Of a stretch of DNA of 64,000 bases, positions 11,065-23,542 are shown piece by piece. Location of the stretch: positions 11,036,001 through 11,100,000 of the forward strand of contig CATNEN010000039.1 in NCBI GenBank assembly GCA_950097015.1, given 5' to 3'. The DNA is from Macrostomum hystrix. Lineage: Eukaryota; Animalia; Platyhelminthes. The position numbers and the translations under genes were made by a program. The notes under the pieces were generated by a model that made no database searches, was not told the origin of the DNA, and saw nothing but the letters and a program-made list of their open reading frames with translations. Each line of letters starts with the position of its first letter. Within the stretch, counting starts at the first letter, position 1.

Positions 11065-11248
11065 TTAAAGCAGAGTCAACTTGAATAGCTGAGCCCTGTA
11101 CTTTATTAGCTTTATACTATTAGCAAAGCTGCATGCTGCAATCGTGCTCGGTAACTATTCCTTGTCGCCTTGCTTTTTGCCTTTTAGCTTCCTTTGCCCT
11201 GCACCTCAAACTAAAAAACCGCGTTGTTGTCTTAATGGTTAATAGAGA

Positions 11249-11543
11249 CAGCTCATACATGCAAGATTCACAGCTCAGACATGCCAGATTCACAGCTCAG
11301 ACATGCAAGATTCACAGCTCAGACATGCAAGATTCACAGCTCAGACATGCAAGATTCACAGCTCAGACATGCAAGATTCACAGCTCAGACATGCAAGATT
11401 CACAGCTCATACATGCCAGATTCACAGCTCAGACATGCAAGATTCACAGCTCAGACATGCAAGATTCACAGCTCAGACATGCCAGATTCACAGCTCAGAC
11501 ATGCAAGATTCACAGCTCAGACATGCAAGATTCACAGCTCAGA
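11249..11543. repeat. Intronic minisatellite, 22-bp unit GATTCACAGCTCAGACATGCAA
   Basis: About 13 copies, ending about 20 nt before the pore-exon acceptor. Confidence 0.95.
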
Positions 11544-11564
11544 TATTGTTTCTTGATTCCGCAG

Positions 11565-11783
11565 GAGGCGCATTGGTTCCGCCAGTACACGTGGGCCCTG
11601 TTCAAAGCCATGAGCCACATGCTGAGCATCGGGTACGGCCAGCACCCGCCAACCAGCATCAGCGAAGCCTGGATCACCATCGTCAGCATGATGACCGGCT
11701 CGTCCTGCTACGCGCTATTCGTTGGCCACGCAGCCGCCCTCATCCAGAGCTTCGACACATCGAAGCGACTCTACCGAGAGAAG
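11565..11783 (+). CDS. HCN: HCN exon: pore helix, selectivity filter (SIGYG), S6, start of C-linker
   Basis: CCGCAG acceptor. Encodes [73 protein letters not shown]. Donor AAG|GTAGTA. Confidence 0.95.
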
Positions 11784-12603
11784 GTAGTACAAACAGCTTC
11801 TTTTTCCTGGCTTCCAGGACCTGACGACATGAGTTTGTGTGTGGCAGAGAGTTCGCAATTAATACCCGTAGAGGCTCAGGTTGATGCGTATATACTCCAA
11901 GCAGATCTAACAGCGCACAATGAGCATATTCCAACAGTTGGACGTCACTCTAATAGGCACAATTTCTTATGCCTTCGTTGTGCCCCAGGCATGACACTGG
12001 GCCAAACTTATTAAGTCCGTGCAGCTTGGCAGAAGGAGATAATTAGATAGGTTTTTCCTAATCTACTGCTGGTCTTTGCTTTCCTATTTTCAAACGGCTT
12101 ATCAATCAATCCCCGATTTCGAAATAGTTGGCTATAGAAATAACTTGCGTAGGCCGACTGTGTGTTGGTGAATAAGCTAAGAATTTTGAACCGAGTCAAT
12201 ATTAAACCCACTGTTGATAGTCAGCATGTTGCATTCTTTTAATCAAGTAAGAATGAGGGACACGATTCACAAGCTCCAGGTTGAGCCACGGAGGTCCAAA
12301 AAACGCACGGCCTCTCAGCACTACGCACATCTATTTATAGCACCGACCCCATGGGGTGGCACAAAGAAAAGTTAACATCACATCCTCCACCACAAGAACG
12401 AAGCCGGATCAAAATTCAGGATCAAAACACTCAATAATTCACTTTCGGGAGTAGCTAGGCTAGTAGTTTGTGATTGCTGTTTGTGTGCCAACGCGAACTA
12501 ATGCCTCTACTATTAACTTGTTAACTTGTAACGGGAGCTTTCAGAGACAAGCCATGAAGACATGCTTACACTTGCTCATCTGGCCCAACTCAAACCTGTT
12601 CAG

Positions 12604-12750
12604 TTCAAGCAGGTGGAGGAGTACATGGCCTACAGGAAGCTTCCCAGAGCACTCAGGCAGCGGATAGCGAATTACTACGAGCACCGATATCAGGGCAAGA
12701 TGTTCAACGAGGGCGACATTCTGAGCGAACTGTCCGAATGTCTCCGAGAG
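12604..12750 (+). CDS. HCN: HCN exon: C-linker
   Basis: Encodes [52 protein letters not shown] acceptor, GAG|GTGAGG donor. Confidence 0.95.
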
Positions 12751-13189
12751 GTGAGGCGCCCAGCATCCTGTTTGAGTACCCATCCGCGTGTTTCAGTCTG
12801 TAAAGCGAGTTCTTCATTGCTTTTTGAAGCTTTTTAGCTTTGTGCAGGCCGCTGGGTGCGAGGTACCGAGAATTTCCTCTTTATTATCTCTTCCTCAGCG
12901 AAATGAGGACAGGAACTCAGGTGGGTCCCCGTGCGGGGCAGGCTTCCGCAGTTTTAATTAGCTGTCGGGAGCATTTCCCCCTGGTTTTATTCTAGCTAGT
13001 GCAGAGTAAACTGCACACCCAGATTATTTGCGAATTATTAGGAAATTAATAGGCTTAGAAAAGCGATTGCTTCTCTCGAGCTGATGCGGGTAAGTACATT
13101 TGAGATTCTATCACTCTACGCTCGATTGTCCTTTTTCGATCGCGCGCGATTCACGGACTCGTTCTAGCGTGAATAAAAAATACAAATTA

Positions 13190-13675
13190 TAATTAATAAC
13201 TGACTACACTGGTCTTAATTGTGTAGCCGACAGCACAGCCGACAGTACCGCGGAAATAGAGCGGGGTATTTGAAGGCTGTTCAGTCCATGCTTTGGGAGG
13301 GCACCACACCTCCCAAACTAATGCTGGTTTAAAAGCATTGTTGGTTCACCCAGCAGTGAACTGGTGTGATGCAGAGTTAACAGTAGAAAGATCACGCTAT
13401 TTTTTCCACTTGCAAAAAACCACAGGGGTATTTCGAATACCCACTGACTACTTCACGATAGCTCCCAAACCGAATGAACTATTTTCGTGAAATTCCACCA
13501 TATGGATCAAAATTTTCTGGATTTTCATGGCACTTGGTTGATTATTTTAGGTGATAGATAAAAAAGACAATTGTGGTTATTTGAAATGTCCCCATGGTAT
13601 TTCCACTGTCAATTGCTTCGGGAATCGAACCCCAGACATTCAAGTCGTGAGTCCGACTTTCTAAACACTAGCCTG
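13190..13675 (-). mobile_element. tRNA-derived SINE (family 2) interrupted by a MITE
   Basis: Body GCCGACAGCACAGCCG...GCTGTTCAGTCCATG...GCAGAGTTAA is shared with the copy at 24640-24950. The tRNA-like head (AATCGAACCCC) resumes after 13612. Confidence 0.65.
13381..13608. mobile_element. MITE copy nested in the SINE
   Basis: TTAA|CAGTAGAAAGATCACG ... CATGGTATTTCCACTG|TCAA. Internal GATTTTCATGG..TTGGTTG is shared with 10743-11064. Confidence 0.65.
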
Positions 13676-13751
13676 CAACCCCTTTACTTGACTGCAACCC
13701 ATTTGCTACGCAATTAAACTCGCCAAATCGGTTCTCACTCGTTACCCCCAG

Positions 13752-13995
13752 CAAATCATCAACTATAACTGCCGCGCCCTGGTGGCGGCCGTTCCGTTCT
13801 TTACCTACGCCGACCAGGACTTCGTGTCCGAGGTGGTCACCCGTCTGAAGTACGAGGTGTTTCAACCAGGAGATCTCATCATCAAGGAAGGAACCATCGG
13901 CACCAAGATGTACTTCATCCAGGAGGGCATAGTAGATATCATCACCAAGGATGGCGAGGTTGCTACCAGCTTGTCTGACGGCTCCTACTTTGGTG
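13752..13995 (+). CDS. HCN: HCN exon: cyclic-nucleotide-binding domain, part 1
   Basis: Encodes [81 protein letters not shown]. Donor G|GTAAGG. Confidence 0.95.
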
Positions 13996-14084
13996 GTAAG
14001 GATGTTCAAGACAACAGATTTACTGCTAACTAAGGTATCAAATTATCTAGGCAATTACTCATTGTAATAACAAATAATAATAAC

Positions 14085-14360
14085 AATAATTTCAGGAGGG
14101 TTTTGGGCAATGGCACATCATTCTGTGACAGTAGACCCGCAGCCAGCGAGGACTCCTAAACACACACGCACACAGGGGTGTACTCCTGCCCAGACTTTTT
14201 CATTGTCTGGGCAGTGTACACACTAACTGTGCCTTGGCTCTGACCTTCAAGCCCCAAATGCTCTCTCCGAGGCTCCGAAATATACCAAATTAAAGGTGGC
14301 ATCATCGCAGTTTTAAGCTCACGGACCTTGGTGAGGGACCCAGACAGGTTAGCTGTCCAT
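14085..14360 (-). mobile_element. SINE family 1 copy
   Basis: GCAGCCAGCGAGGA...CACACAGG.GTGTAC...ACTGTGCCTTGG...GGACCTTGGTG is shared with 59140-59490 and 32478-32670. Confidence 0.65.
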
Positions 14361-15730
14361 AAACTTAGACTTTGCGCTGGAAATCAAGTTTATTACTGCT
14401 TAATAGCCTGTAGCTGTGCACCAAAAAAACGCAATAGAAATGCTTAAAATCTAAATAGTATGGCAATAAAAACTTTGGTTGCAGCGGTAGATTTTCTGCC
14501 TATTCTTAGTTTGCATTTGCATCTACGCCGCATATATTTATCTGCGGACAGAATAGTACACCACACACTGCATAGAACTGCCATCTATGAAATAGAAATC
14601 TCTGATTGTAGAGCTGATATCCTTCACGATATCCTAAATAATGATAAGATGAAATAAGTGGCATTATTTTAGGCTGCATATAACAATGACGCTGCACTAT
14701 TCACGACTGTGATTTCACACTCCCAGTTGTCCAGGTTCAGCACTGATTAGTGTCGAGCTGCTCAGACTAGGAGGCATTAAGAGGCATTTTCGATCATGTA
14801 CGAGCACAAATAGAATGTATTCATGTTCATTTTGTGCATCATTAATTATCGCACGCCAGGCCTAGTCGCTAACGAAGACGAGAAATAAAATCGACATTGA
14901 AGGCGCGCTCGATACATGACATTGTTTCGAATCGCGAGGCCCTCCGAACTGAACAAATATATCAATTCCTAGCCTTCAGGTAGAAAACTAACTCCTGGAT
15001 GTTTTTTGAAAATATTGTGAAGCTCGTTTGATACATTTTATAGATTTACGGTACAATAGTACTGTACGCATTTCATTCTGACATTTTCAGTTAAACCTTC
15101 CTACTGGTTTTGCCTGGTTTGATGGGTTTATCGTTCATAAATTTTATTGATCTATAAGCCAATGACTGTTCCGAATTTCGTGAAAAAAAGTTGTAGCAAA
15201 AACCACAAATAAAATATGAGAACAATAAAGAACTTTCTTCACTATAGAAAGTTTTAGCGGAATAAAAAAACAGTTTGGCAAAATCTTCTTATCAGCATGT
15301 TTGCGAAATTCGTTTATACAGCGCAGAAGCTGAGGATCAGCTCTTGTGAGGGCGACCTAGCATGACCTTTAGCAGAACCCAGTACTCCTATTTGCAGCCC
15401 TGACCTTTACGCTCCGCAGTCATTTGATTTGCCTTTTATTTTAAGAGGCTTATGGCAAAATAATAATAGGAACCATGGGCCCGGCAATATACAGAGCTAA
15501 ACTCTATCTACGCTAGCAATTTCTGCTTCAACCCCAACGGCATAAACTAGGCCAGGGTCAATTTGGTTAGGCAACCTTTTTTCGCCTAAATTGGGCATGA
15601 ATTGATGAACGAGGCCAAGTTTCCATGAATCATCAATGATAATTTTGGGATCCCATAAGTCTTGCGTGTCTCTTTTTTTAAGACTGAGTGATGGAGTTTG
15701 CGGATTACCCCCAATCGAACGCTCACGCAG

Positions 15731-16191
15731 AGATCTGCCTGCTCACCAACGCCCGTCGCGTCGCCAGCGTCCGAGCCGAGACCTACTGCAACCTGTACTC
15801 ACTGGAGCGGGAGAACTTCCTCTCGGTGCTGGACAATTACCCCCTGATGCGCCGCACCATGGAGTCCGTGGCGGCCGAGCGGCTGAGCAAGATCGGCCAG
15901 AACCCGCAGCTCGTAAGCAACCGGGCGGACCTGAAGGAGGACCTCAACTTGGTCAAGGAGATTGTCAACCAGGCTGCGACGCCACTTCATCCGGACGAGG
16001 AGGAGCATTTCCTGCTGGACGCCTCTCCGTCGGATGAGGCGGCCGGTCAGCAGCTGCCGCCGGCGTCCCCGCAGGCGTCTGGCGGCGACTCGCGGCGCAA
16101 GTCGGTGGTCAAGCTCGGCTTGCAGCGCCTCGGCTTGGTCCGGCCGAAGCTCCCCAGCCCGTCCGATGGACCCGACGAGTCCGCGGTGTGA
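15731..16191 (+). CDS. HCN: HCN last exon: phosphate-binding cassette, C-helix, C-terminus ending ESAV
   Basis: ACGCAG acceptor. Encodes (E)ICLLTNARRVASVRAETYCNLYSL.... Stop TGA at 16189-16191. AATAAA at 16368. Confidence 0.95.
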
Positions 16192-19100
16192 AAACTTCAG
16201 CTCCACGCGACTTTGCACTTTTGTTTGTTTCCTTAGTTTGTTCTTGTTTTCTTTCTTGCTCGGTCAGTTAACCAAAGCAGTCAGGAAAACGTATCAGTCA
16301 GCCACGCTTGGCGCTAGTATCATGATGCCCCCACTGGCAGTGCAAATTTTATGCGGAATCTGTGGAAAATAAAGCCGAAAGTCGATAGTTCTAGCAGTCA
16401 ATATGTATCCATTATCTTTTTTTCTTATGGTTGTTTGCTTGCAATGGAATTCATAAAGGCTCATATTTTTCACTCTCGATTCAAAAGCTTTCCGAACCTC
16501 CCAATCAGAACCCTTGCATAATTCATTCCTATAGAACAGTTCGTGGTATTGGAGTGACCTTAATTATTTCGTACAGTATTTGAATTTCTGCTGTTTCACT
16601 CGGTTAGTCGTTAAAAAATATTTTTATCACTATAACGACAGATTTTTCAAATAAAAGGTCCTATTAAGCTGAACGTCTGCCCAATCAATGATGCCCGTTG
16701 TTTTACTTGGTAAAATTAGTTTACTCGCTTGAATAAAACAGCAGTTCAATTGTTGTTGACTACTCACTAATTTGTTATTTCAAGACTGTAATACTCTTGT
16801 ACTCTCCTGTGTCGTGTGTTGAATAATGTACTTTTTGCGCAATACTTAAGAAAAGCTGCATTATATTTAATATCAGGAAATTGCCAGCCGATGGAAGCAG
16901 TCAGAGACCGTCTATGGTAAAAACTGTCGGAACTGCGTTCCTTTTAGAAACCATGACCATTCTTCGCTCGTAATAAGAACTAAAAAATTCATTGTCGATT
17001 GTCATATAGTATAGCCAACAAGTGAGACAGAAAAATGGAGATTTTACCATAGCCAATCAACAGTCAGAGTGAAATAATGCTCCTGTCTATGGCCCCACTA
17101 TTGGCTCTTCAATATGACAAGGTGATAGAAGCACGGCTTGCGGGAAAAAACAACCCCACAGACAGTCGTGCGCTACGCGCACTCGTGGTCCTAGGCGTTG
17201 TTGGACTCGCAATCCGTGACTTGACTATATTTCCATTGGTCAGCATCTTCGTCGTGATCAGTCGGCGATCCAGAGCCAGCGAGGAGATGGTCTGGTAGTC
17301 TACATCAAAGTACTGCACCAGAGCATCCCGCATCTGCTGTATGCTCAAAAGTTAATTCTCTTCGACCTTGATCATAAATTCCACACGAACTGCTTTCGGA
17401 TTAACTTAAAAGCATTTTAGCAATCTCTCCAACAAAAGACCCTCTCTTAATTGTTGGCCCGATGAACACATACTTTTCGTTAGATATCTTTTGATAAGCC
17501 ATCGTCGACTTGATAAGCCGTTTGAAAAGTGTTTGTGTGTTCGTGTGTGTGCAGATTTAGATTTTTAAGACAGTTCTGTGCCCATGTGTCGCAGTCAATC
17601 TATCAGGGAGTTCGTTCGCCAGTGTACTAGAGTTGAATTCCCAACTCGCTATCTTCGGGATCTGTTGAAGTTGCCGAAATCCCTTCGCTCATTCCCGTGA
17701 GGTTAGAGGTGCGGATTAGATGTTTGATATGAGATTAAGTGAAGAAAATTTGCATGAATACTCGACTGCACTCAGGCGCACTTGTCGCTTCCATTGGTAA
17801 ATGTCAGATTTGTCACGCGCTCAGGGGATTAAGGTATGACGAAGGCAAGGGCACACTTATTCAGAGTTAATTGAAGAGTTAACTGACAGTTGCCTCGACT
17901 CGTGGTATTTTTGCCAATTAAAAATTCTTCCACTGCCACTTCAAACAGGAGTTTAAGCCTAGGGGGCTCTTGCACCACAGGGGGGAATTGATAAAATCTT
18001 CGGACTTTAGCTAACATGTCTTCGGCTAGGAGCTTAGATGCAGACTGTGGCTCCAGACCAATAAGATTTTATTAACCTTCCTACGGATTACGCTCCTACG
18101 GTTGTAAAAATGGAAGCCTTGATGCATGTGTGTGTACATAAATATCCTGTGTTTTGATGTAGCAGCTTCTGCTCTGACAGCAAAACTGATCCCAAGTTAA
18201 AGACAGATTGAGTATGCCACTTAAGAGACAAAAACATGGTGTCGAAAATATTTTTCTCACATGTAGTGCAGACAGTTTTACATAATGTATTTACTAAACC
18301 AGCATTTAACAGTAGAACTACCCGGGGACATTTTCCCACCTGACAATTTTTGCTGCACCCGAACGGAGCAACGCAAGCACACGAAACTCTAGAACACAAG
18401 CCAGCTTTTTTGCGCATCTTCTGAAACAAGAATCAAGTCGCCGGCTCTTCAGACCGTCGAGATATTCAATGGTTCTGACCGAACGTCGTATTTTTCCCTC
18501 AAGCGCTAGTGTATTTGATACACCCCTATACATGAATTAGCACTGCGCCTCAGTGCGGCCTTGCCAGGCCTTCAAAATGTATCAGCATGTCACCCGAATG
18601 TGCCTGCATCATCTCCGTCTTCGGTGGTCACCTACCTTAATCTAGACGGACTGCTGGACCTTCAAGGGCTACAACTGGTGGAAATAGGCCACAATGAACA
18701 CCCTGACGCGAATTTATCCAACTTCACTGATAAATCCTAAATATAAGGCGCAGCTCAACCACAGGACACCCTCGCCTAGTCTGTCAACCAATCAGTCACC
18801 ACCCAACGCTATTAGCATTCGGGCGCTGCCAAAAAAATTCCTGGGGGTGTGAAATTCCCCTTGTTATAAAAACGGGCGGCAAAATGGCTTGGTAGTCCTA
18901 CTCTTCATGACATCGAAAGATCTGTCTTTCCTGTCTCAGACGCTTGGTTCGGCTGTTCAACATGAACGAGTTCTTATCTGACGAGCTTGGCCCACTGCTG
19001 GAGCAGATCAAATGAGCTCAAGCCGCAGTCTCAGCGGGAGTACTTAATCAGCGGCCGAGTGCCGAATAGCCAAGACTGATCGCGGCTGGCCCTGGCCACT

Positions 19101-19355
19101 CGCAGTGGGAGAGCAAAGATGGGTGTTTGCTGGATTGTCAATTGTAGCGTTTCGTTCGCTAACGCTGTTTAAACGCAGCGGGGGCGGTCCCGTTTGAGCT
19201 GTCAGTTGTTGTTTTTTGTGTCAGAGCTTGTCTAGCAATTAAATATTGTTCAGCCTATTGTGCTGAAAATATATACTGAGAATAGACTAGTCATTTTCAA
19301 ATTTTCGAATAGAATGAACGGTGCAAAGCAGCTTGTCACACTTTTTTCTGTATAA

Positions 19356-20287
19356 ATGGCGCGACGCAGAAAAGTTCTGAGCGCTTTGCAGTAAAAAAAT
19401 ATTACTCGTTGTTTCTGTTAGTTACTCATAGGTATACTTACTGTAAGTGGAGGACATGTCGGGTAAGAATTTTCTCACAGTGAACTGCAGGTTGGAGCAG
19501 ACTTACCAGGCACAGCTGAGCAGCCTGTACCGCCAGCATGTAAGTGCCATGGCAGACTGGGAGCACGAGCGGCTTAGCGCCTCCCGTCTGCTGACGTCCA
19601 TTCGCAGCTGCCCGTCAGATGAGGAGCCGCTGTCTGTCAAGTGAGTATTTTTAGTTTTTCCAGTAGCTTACTGTTGAATGAGGGAAACTAACCACAGATT
19701 TTTCTGCATTTTAAAGTCAGACAATTATATGCCATAGGTTCCTTGGACCGCCGACTAGAAAGAAACCGTCGAAAGACAAGCGCCTGCAAGAGCTTCGTCA
19801 TCAGGCGCAGCTGCAAAAGGAGCAGCTGGAAGAAGCAACTCAAATGGCTCCAGACGCTTCTGACAGACTAAAGCCCTCGACAGCGACCAGGGCTGCTCAA
19901 ACTCCACGGACAAACGTCTTCGCGCCGCACCAGTTGGAGCGTTCGAAGACATTTGCAGCTTCCACCACCGCAGCGGTGCCAACTGTCCAGCCACAGCCAG
20001 TTGTAGCAGCGACCCCTGCAGCTCCCAGAAGCAAGCGCCGTCAGCGAACTCCTCTGCCCACAAAGCTCGAGCGGTTCTACACGAATCTGGACGTGACGAA
20101 GGCCAACTGTGGCCTGGCTGTAGTAGACGCCACCCAGACGGAAGGCTTCCTTCGAGGCTCCTTCACTCTGTCCAAAGCCGACTGGCTGGAAAAGTTGGCC
20201 AGAATTGATCCGGAGTTCTTTAAGAATGTGCAGAACACTCGCGACGATGCGGAAGTCAGCGAGCAAGACGACGATCAATCGAATTGA
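19356..20287 (+). CDS. Uncharacterised spliced gene (exons 19356-19390 tentative, 19491-19640, 19738-20287)
   Basis: CTGCAG acceptor at 19490, AA|GTGAGT donor at 19641 and TAG acceptor at 19737 give a continuous frame LEQTYQAQLSSLYRQH...PLSVKFLGPPTRKKPSKDKRLQELRHQAQ...DDQSN*. AATAAA at 20587. No domain recognised. Confidence 0.6.
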
Positions 20288-20667
20288 CCTCTAATATGCA
20301 ATTTCGGGACTATGGAGCCTACCATCACTATTCATAATTCTAGGAATTCTTTGAAAATTCATGGAAACTTGTGATTTAGGAATGCTAATCGTCCTAAAAT
20401 AAGTAGTTGCACAGTAACTGTAAGACAATATATTCAGGAGAAGTCAGATAAGGTCAGATAAAGTATAATTTTTCACCAATTAAGAACGCATCTTTCTTTG
20501 GTTTTGTTAGCCGAGTAGGGTAGGTGATTGCTTTTTTCTGACCAACCTCTTTTCAGCTTTTTCATGCCTAACTTCGCTTGGTTTGAAATAAAAGTTCTAC
20601 AAAAATAGAATGTAGAATCCGTGCAGTTTTTTAGTCCTTAAAAACTCACAGCAGTATTTCGCAATGA

Positions 20668-22524
20668 TTAAGCCTCGAAAATTTTGTCTTTACGTTCAAC
20701 TTTTGGCGGCATTCGGATCTGACTGCGGCAGTCTTCAACGCGCGAGGAGCCGTCATCGCTGATGCTCTGAGCGTGCAAAGAAACCACCGAAGTTCTTGTG
20801 GAACGCGCATCTTTTTCAGCTACCGCATGACCGACACTGCAGTATCCTGCCAGCCAGATCCCGAGGACGTTGTGCAGCAGCTCAAGCAGCTCAAACAAAG
20901 TCAGCAGCGAGCAGCCTAGAAAAAGCCCAAGGATGCCGCCGACATCAGACACGAATTCCAGGAAAGAGTAAGACCGCGACATTATCACCGTCGGGCCCAT
21001 GATCTTGCCCGTGCGAATAGTAACCTTCGTTATAACCTGCGAGGCGTAGCTCTCTAGCATCGCCTTGCCCGCAGCGGTGACATTCGACTCGATCGCTGTG
21101 AACATGGCGGCCAGAACTGTGTAGGCCGGGAACGGCAGGCCGCGCATCGCCAGCATCTTCTCCTGGGCGACGCGCAGGAAAATTCTGTGCAGCACGGTAT
21201 CCTGGATGCCGTTAAAGGTTGGCCACTTGCTGGAGTAGGCGCGTGCATTATAGATTAGCTTCGAGCAGGGTCGCCGACCATTGCAGACCGATTGAACGAG
21301 ATCGAGATTGTACGGAAAATTTCTACCTCGCATGGCGCGGCTGGTCTGTAAGAACGCTGCACGCCGTCCCAATCGATCATTAGAAGCTGCGTTGACACCG
21401 AGGAACTGTGTGGCATCGAAGCATCGGCTGAGGTTGCTGAACTCCTTCAACCAAGGGGCGGCATTGTCGATGCAGGAGGCGTTCTGATAGCGCAGACGCT
21501 CCTTGAACTCAATCCAGCAGAAGTCGTCATTGTACTCGTAGAGTTGCGCCTGCTGGCTGTACGGATCGATCACGGAAATCTGGGGTGGCGACTCCGTGCA
21601 CGGGATGCCATCCTTCATGACCTCCAAACTCATGTCCGCTAGCACTTGATAGTCTCTGCCGGGCTCAAGGTACACATGCGCGGCGTTGTCAGTGGGGTAG
21701 TGGCCCGGCGCAACTAGACTGAGTCGCATCGAAGCGCCGCTTCTGTACGCCATGCCACTCCGAATGTCCCAGATTGGAAATTTTACACCGCCTGAAATGT
21801 TAACGTAGGGCACCGACTTCAACAGCTTGTTGGTCGGATAAGTCCCGTTAATCGCCGAGTCGTAGAACAAATAGAGAGTGAAAGAGTTCCACGAGTCTTT
21901 CATGAAGTTCCGCCTCTCCTCAGTCAGGTTGATGAACATGCAATTGAGATGAGCCGGACTGTGAAACCGGATCAACGAACCTGACTTGTTGATTGCGACC
22001 TCCTGCTCGACCTCGTCCGAGAATATGTCATTGTACAGAGTCTGCTGAGCCTGGTGTCCGAACGCGTCGCTGAGCAGCTTGTAAGGCATGGTGCTCAGCA
22101 AGATGCGGATAAAAGTCTCTGCGTCGGCGTCGTCCTGTGGAGTAAAGTTAAAGGTCCTGGTTATGCCGTCAATGTAGCTGTTAACGAGCAGAGCGGTGGC
22201 ATTGTCTATAAAATTTCCATAGCTTCCGGAGATGATCGGCTGCGGGCAGATGTACAAGTCCGGGAACACCATACCGATGGAGTCCTCCTGAATAGTCGTG
22301 GTCTCAGGCAGTTGCAGCAGCTTCAAGATGAAGCCACGCGCTTGAAGGCTGAAAATGGCAGCCATCGCAAGGAACAGCAGCAGCCAGGTGAGTTTAACGT
22401 ACACTGGCCGATTGCCGACCAGACGCGAGAGACCATGGGTGGTCGTCTCAGCCGCCGAAGTGCTGATGGCATCAATCAATGGCCTCGAGCTGGATATGGG
22501 CCCTTCGAGTTCTTTCATCGACAT
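20668..22524 (-). CDS. DEG/ENaC (amiloride-sensitive channel superfamily) subunit, intronless
   Basis: About 618-aa ORF (first ATG 22524). Pre-M1 TTHG motif, TM1, FPDLYIC, cysteine-containing ectodomain, TM2 SDVGGILGLFLGCSLLTLFELLE (GxS filter). Confidence 0.93.
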   Translation of the reverse strand: MSMKELEGPISSSRPLIDAISTSAAETTTHGLSRLVGNRPVYVKLTWLLLFLAMAAIFSLQARGFILKLLQLPETTTIQEDSIGMVFPDLYICPQPIISGSYGNFIDNATALLVNSYIDGITRTFNFTPQDDADAETFIRILLSTMPYKLLSDAFGHQAQQTLYNDIFSDEVEQEVAINKSGSLIRFHSPAHLNCMFINLTEERRNFMKDSWNSFTLYLFYDSAINGTYPTNKLLKSVPYVNISGGVKFPIWDIRSGMAYRSGASMRLSLVAPGHYPTDNAAHVYLEPGRDYQVLADMSLEVMKDGIPCTESPPQISVIDPYSQQAQLYEYNDDFCWIEFKERLRYQNASCIDNAAPWLKEFSNLSRCFDATQFLGVNAASNDRLGRRAAFLQTSRAMRGRNFPYNLDLVQSVCNGRRPCSKLIYNARAYSSKWPTFNGIQDTVLHRIFLRVAQEKMLAMRGLPFPAYTVLAAMFTAIESNVTAAGKAMLESYASQVITKVTIRTGKIMGPTVIMSRSYSFLEFVSDVGGILGLFLGCSLLTLFELLELLHNVLGIWLAGYCSVGHAVAEKDARSTRTSVVSLHAQSISDDGSSRVEDCRSQIRMPPKVERKDKIFEA

Positions 22525-23542
22525 TGATGGTTTCACGGATTCAAAATGTTGCGCTCTGCAAAGGACGTTAAATCGCAGTCGAGAAATTCTTGGGACTCAG
22601 TGCCGTCTGCTAGTTTTCTTGTAGGCAAGCAAGAATAAAGCTGCGGCATAAATGACTGGTTGAGATGGTTTTCTATCCGTTTCCTGAGTCAATACACTTC
22701 TCCGATTCTCTAGAGTTCCGCCAGTGGGATAGGATCCTTAGTGCACTTAGTGAATGTGCGTGTGTACATACGCAGCTGGCTCAGCTGCATTCCCACAAAA
22801 AGTTCCCATGAGGTCTGTAAGCAGCAGCAAGCCATTGTTCTTTTAAAGGAAACAAGCAGCTCTGCCAGAAAAAAGCACTCGCAGAATAGCTTTGAACCAC
22901 TCTGCATTTGCAAATAGGATGGCCAATTGCATGCTATGCTGTAAAGGCGTTGTATAGCTTTCTTTGTTTCGAAGGAGAGAAGTGAGAGTTTCATTTAAAT
23001 TTCACATGAAGTTCATCAAGGGTGTCTAGCCATTGTTTGAACAGCTGCTTTAAAGTTATGTTAGGTCATGGATCCAATTATAATTCAAAATTTTTGTGCA
23101 GATATCATAATTGCGTAGAAAATGTCAAGTGGATATGAGACGCCAATTATCTTCCATTAGAAACATTTAGGAATATAAAAAAGTTTTTCTGCTACTATTT
23201 AAAATACTTGTTAATTAAAACGCTTGGTCTAACTTTTTAATTTTGAGCTTGCAAAGTCAGGTCGATAAAAACTCTTAATTATAAAAATTCAAGTCGACAC
23301 GCGGTGATTTAGACACGATTTTAACACACAATAATTGCTAAAAAGCTAAATTATTAAAAGTGTGTTGCTAGAAGTAAATTTTTGAATGATTAAAATGTAA
23401 ATTAAAGTATTTAACTTACAGATGATAAACAAGCTCGCATCAGAATAAAAATTGTTGATTGCATGTTTTCCCACTGTTACAAAATTAGTATTTTCTAGGA
23501 AGTAAATGTTAAATTCATTTCCGTGGAACATCTTGAAGAGGC

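Noticed and set aside
16900-19200. Coding-looking patches, possibly decayed transposons
   Set aside because: Interrupted by stops, with no recognisable motif.
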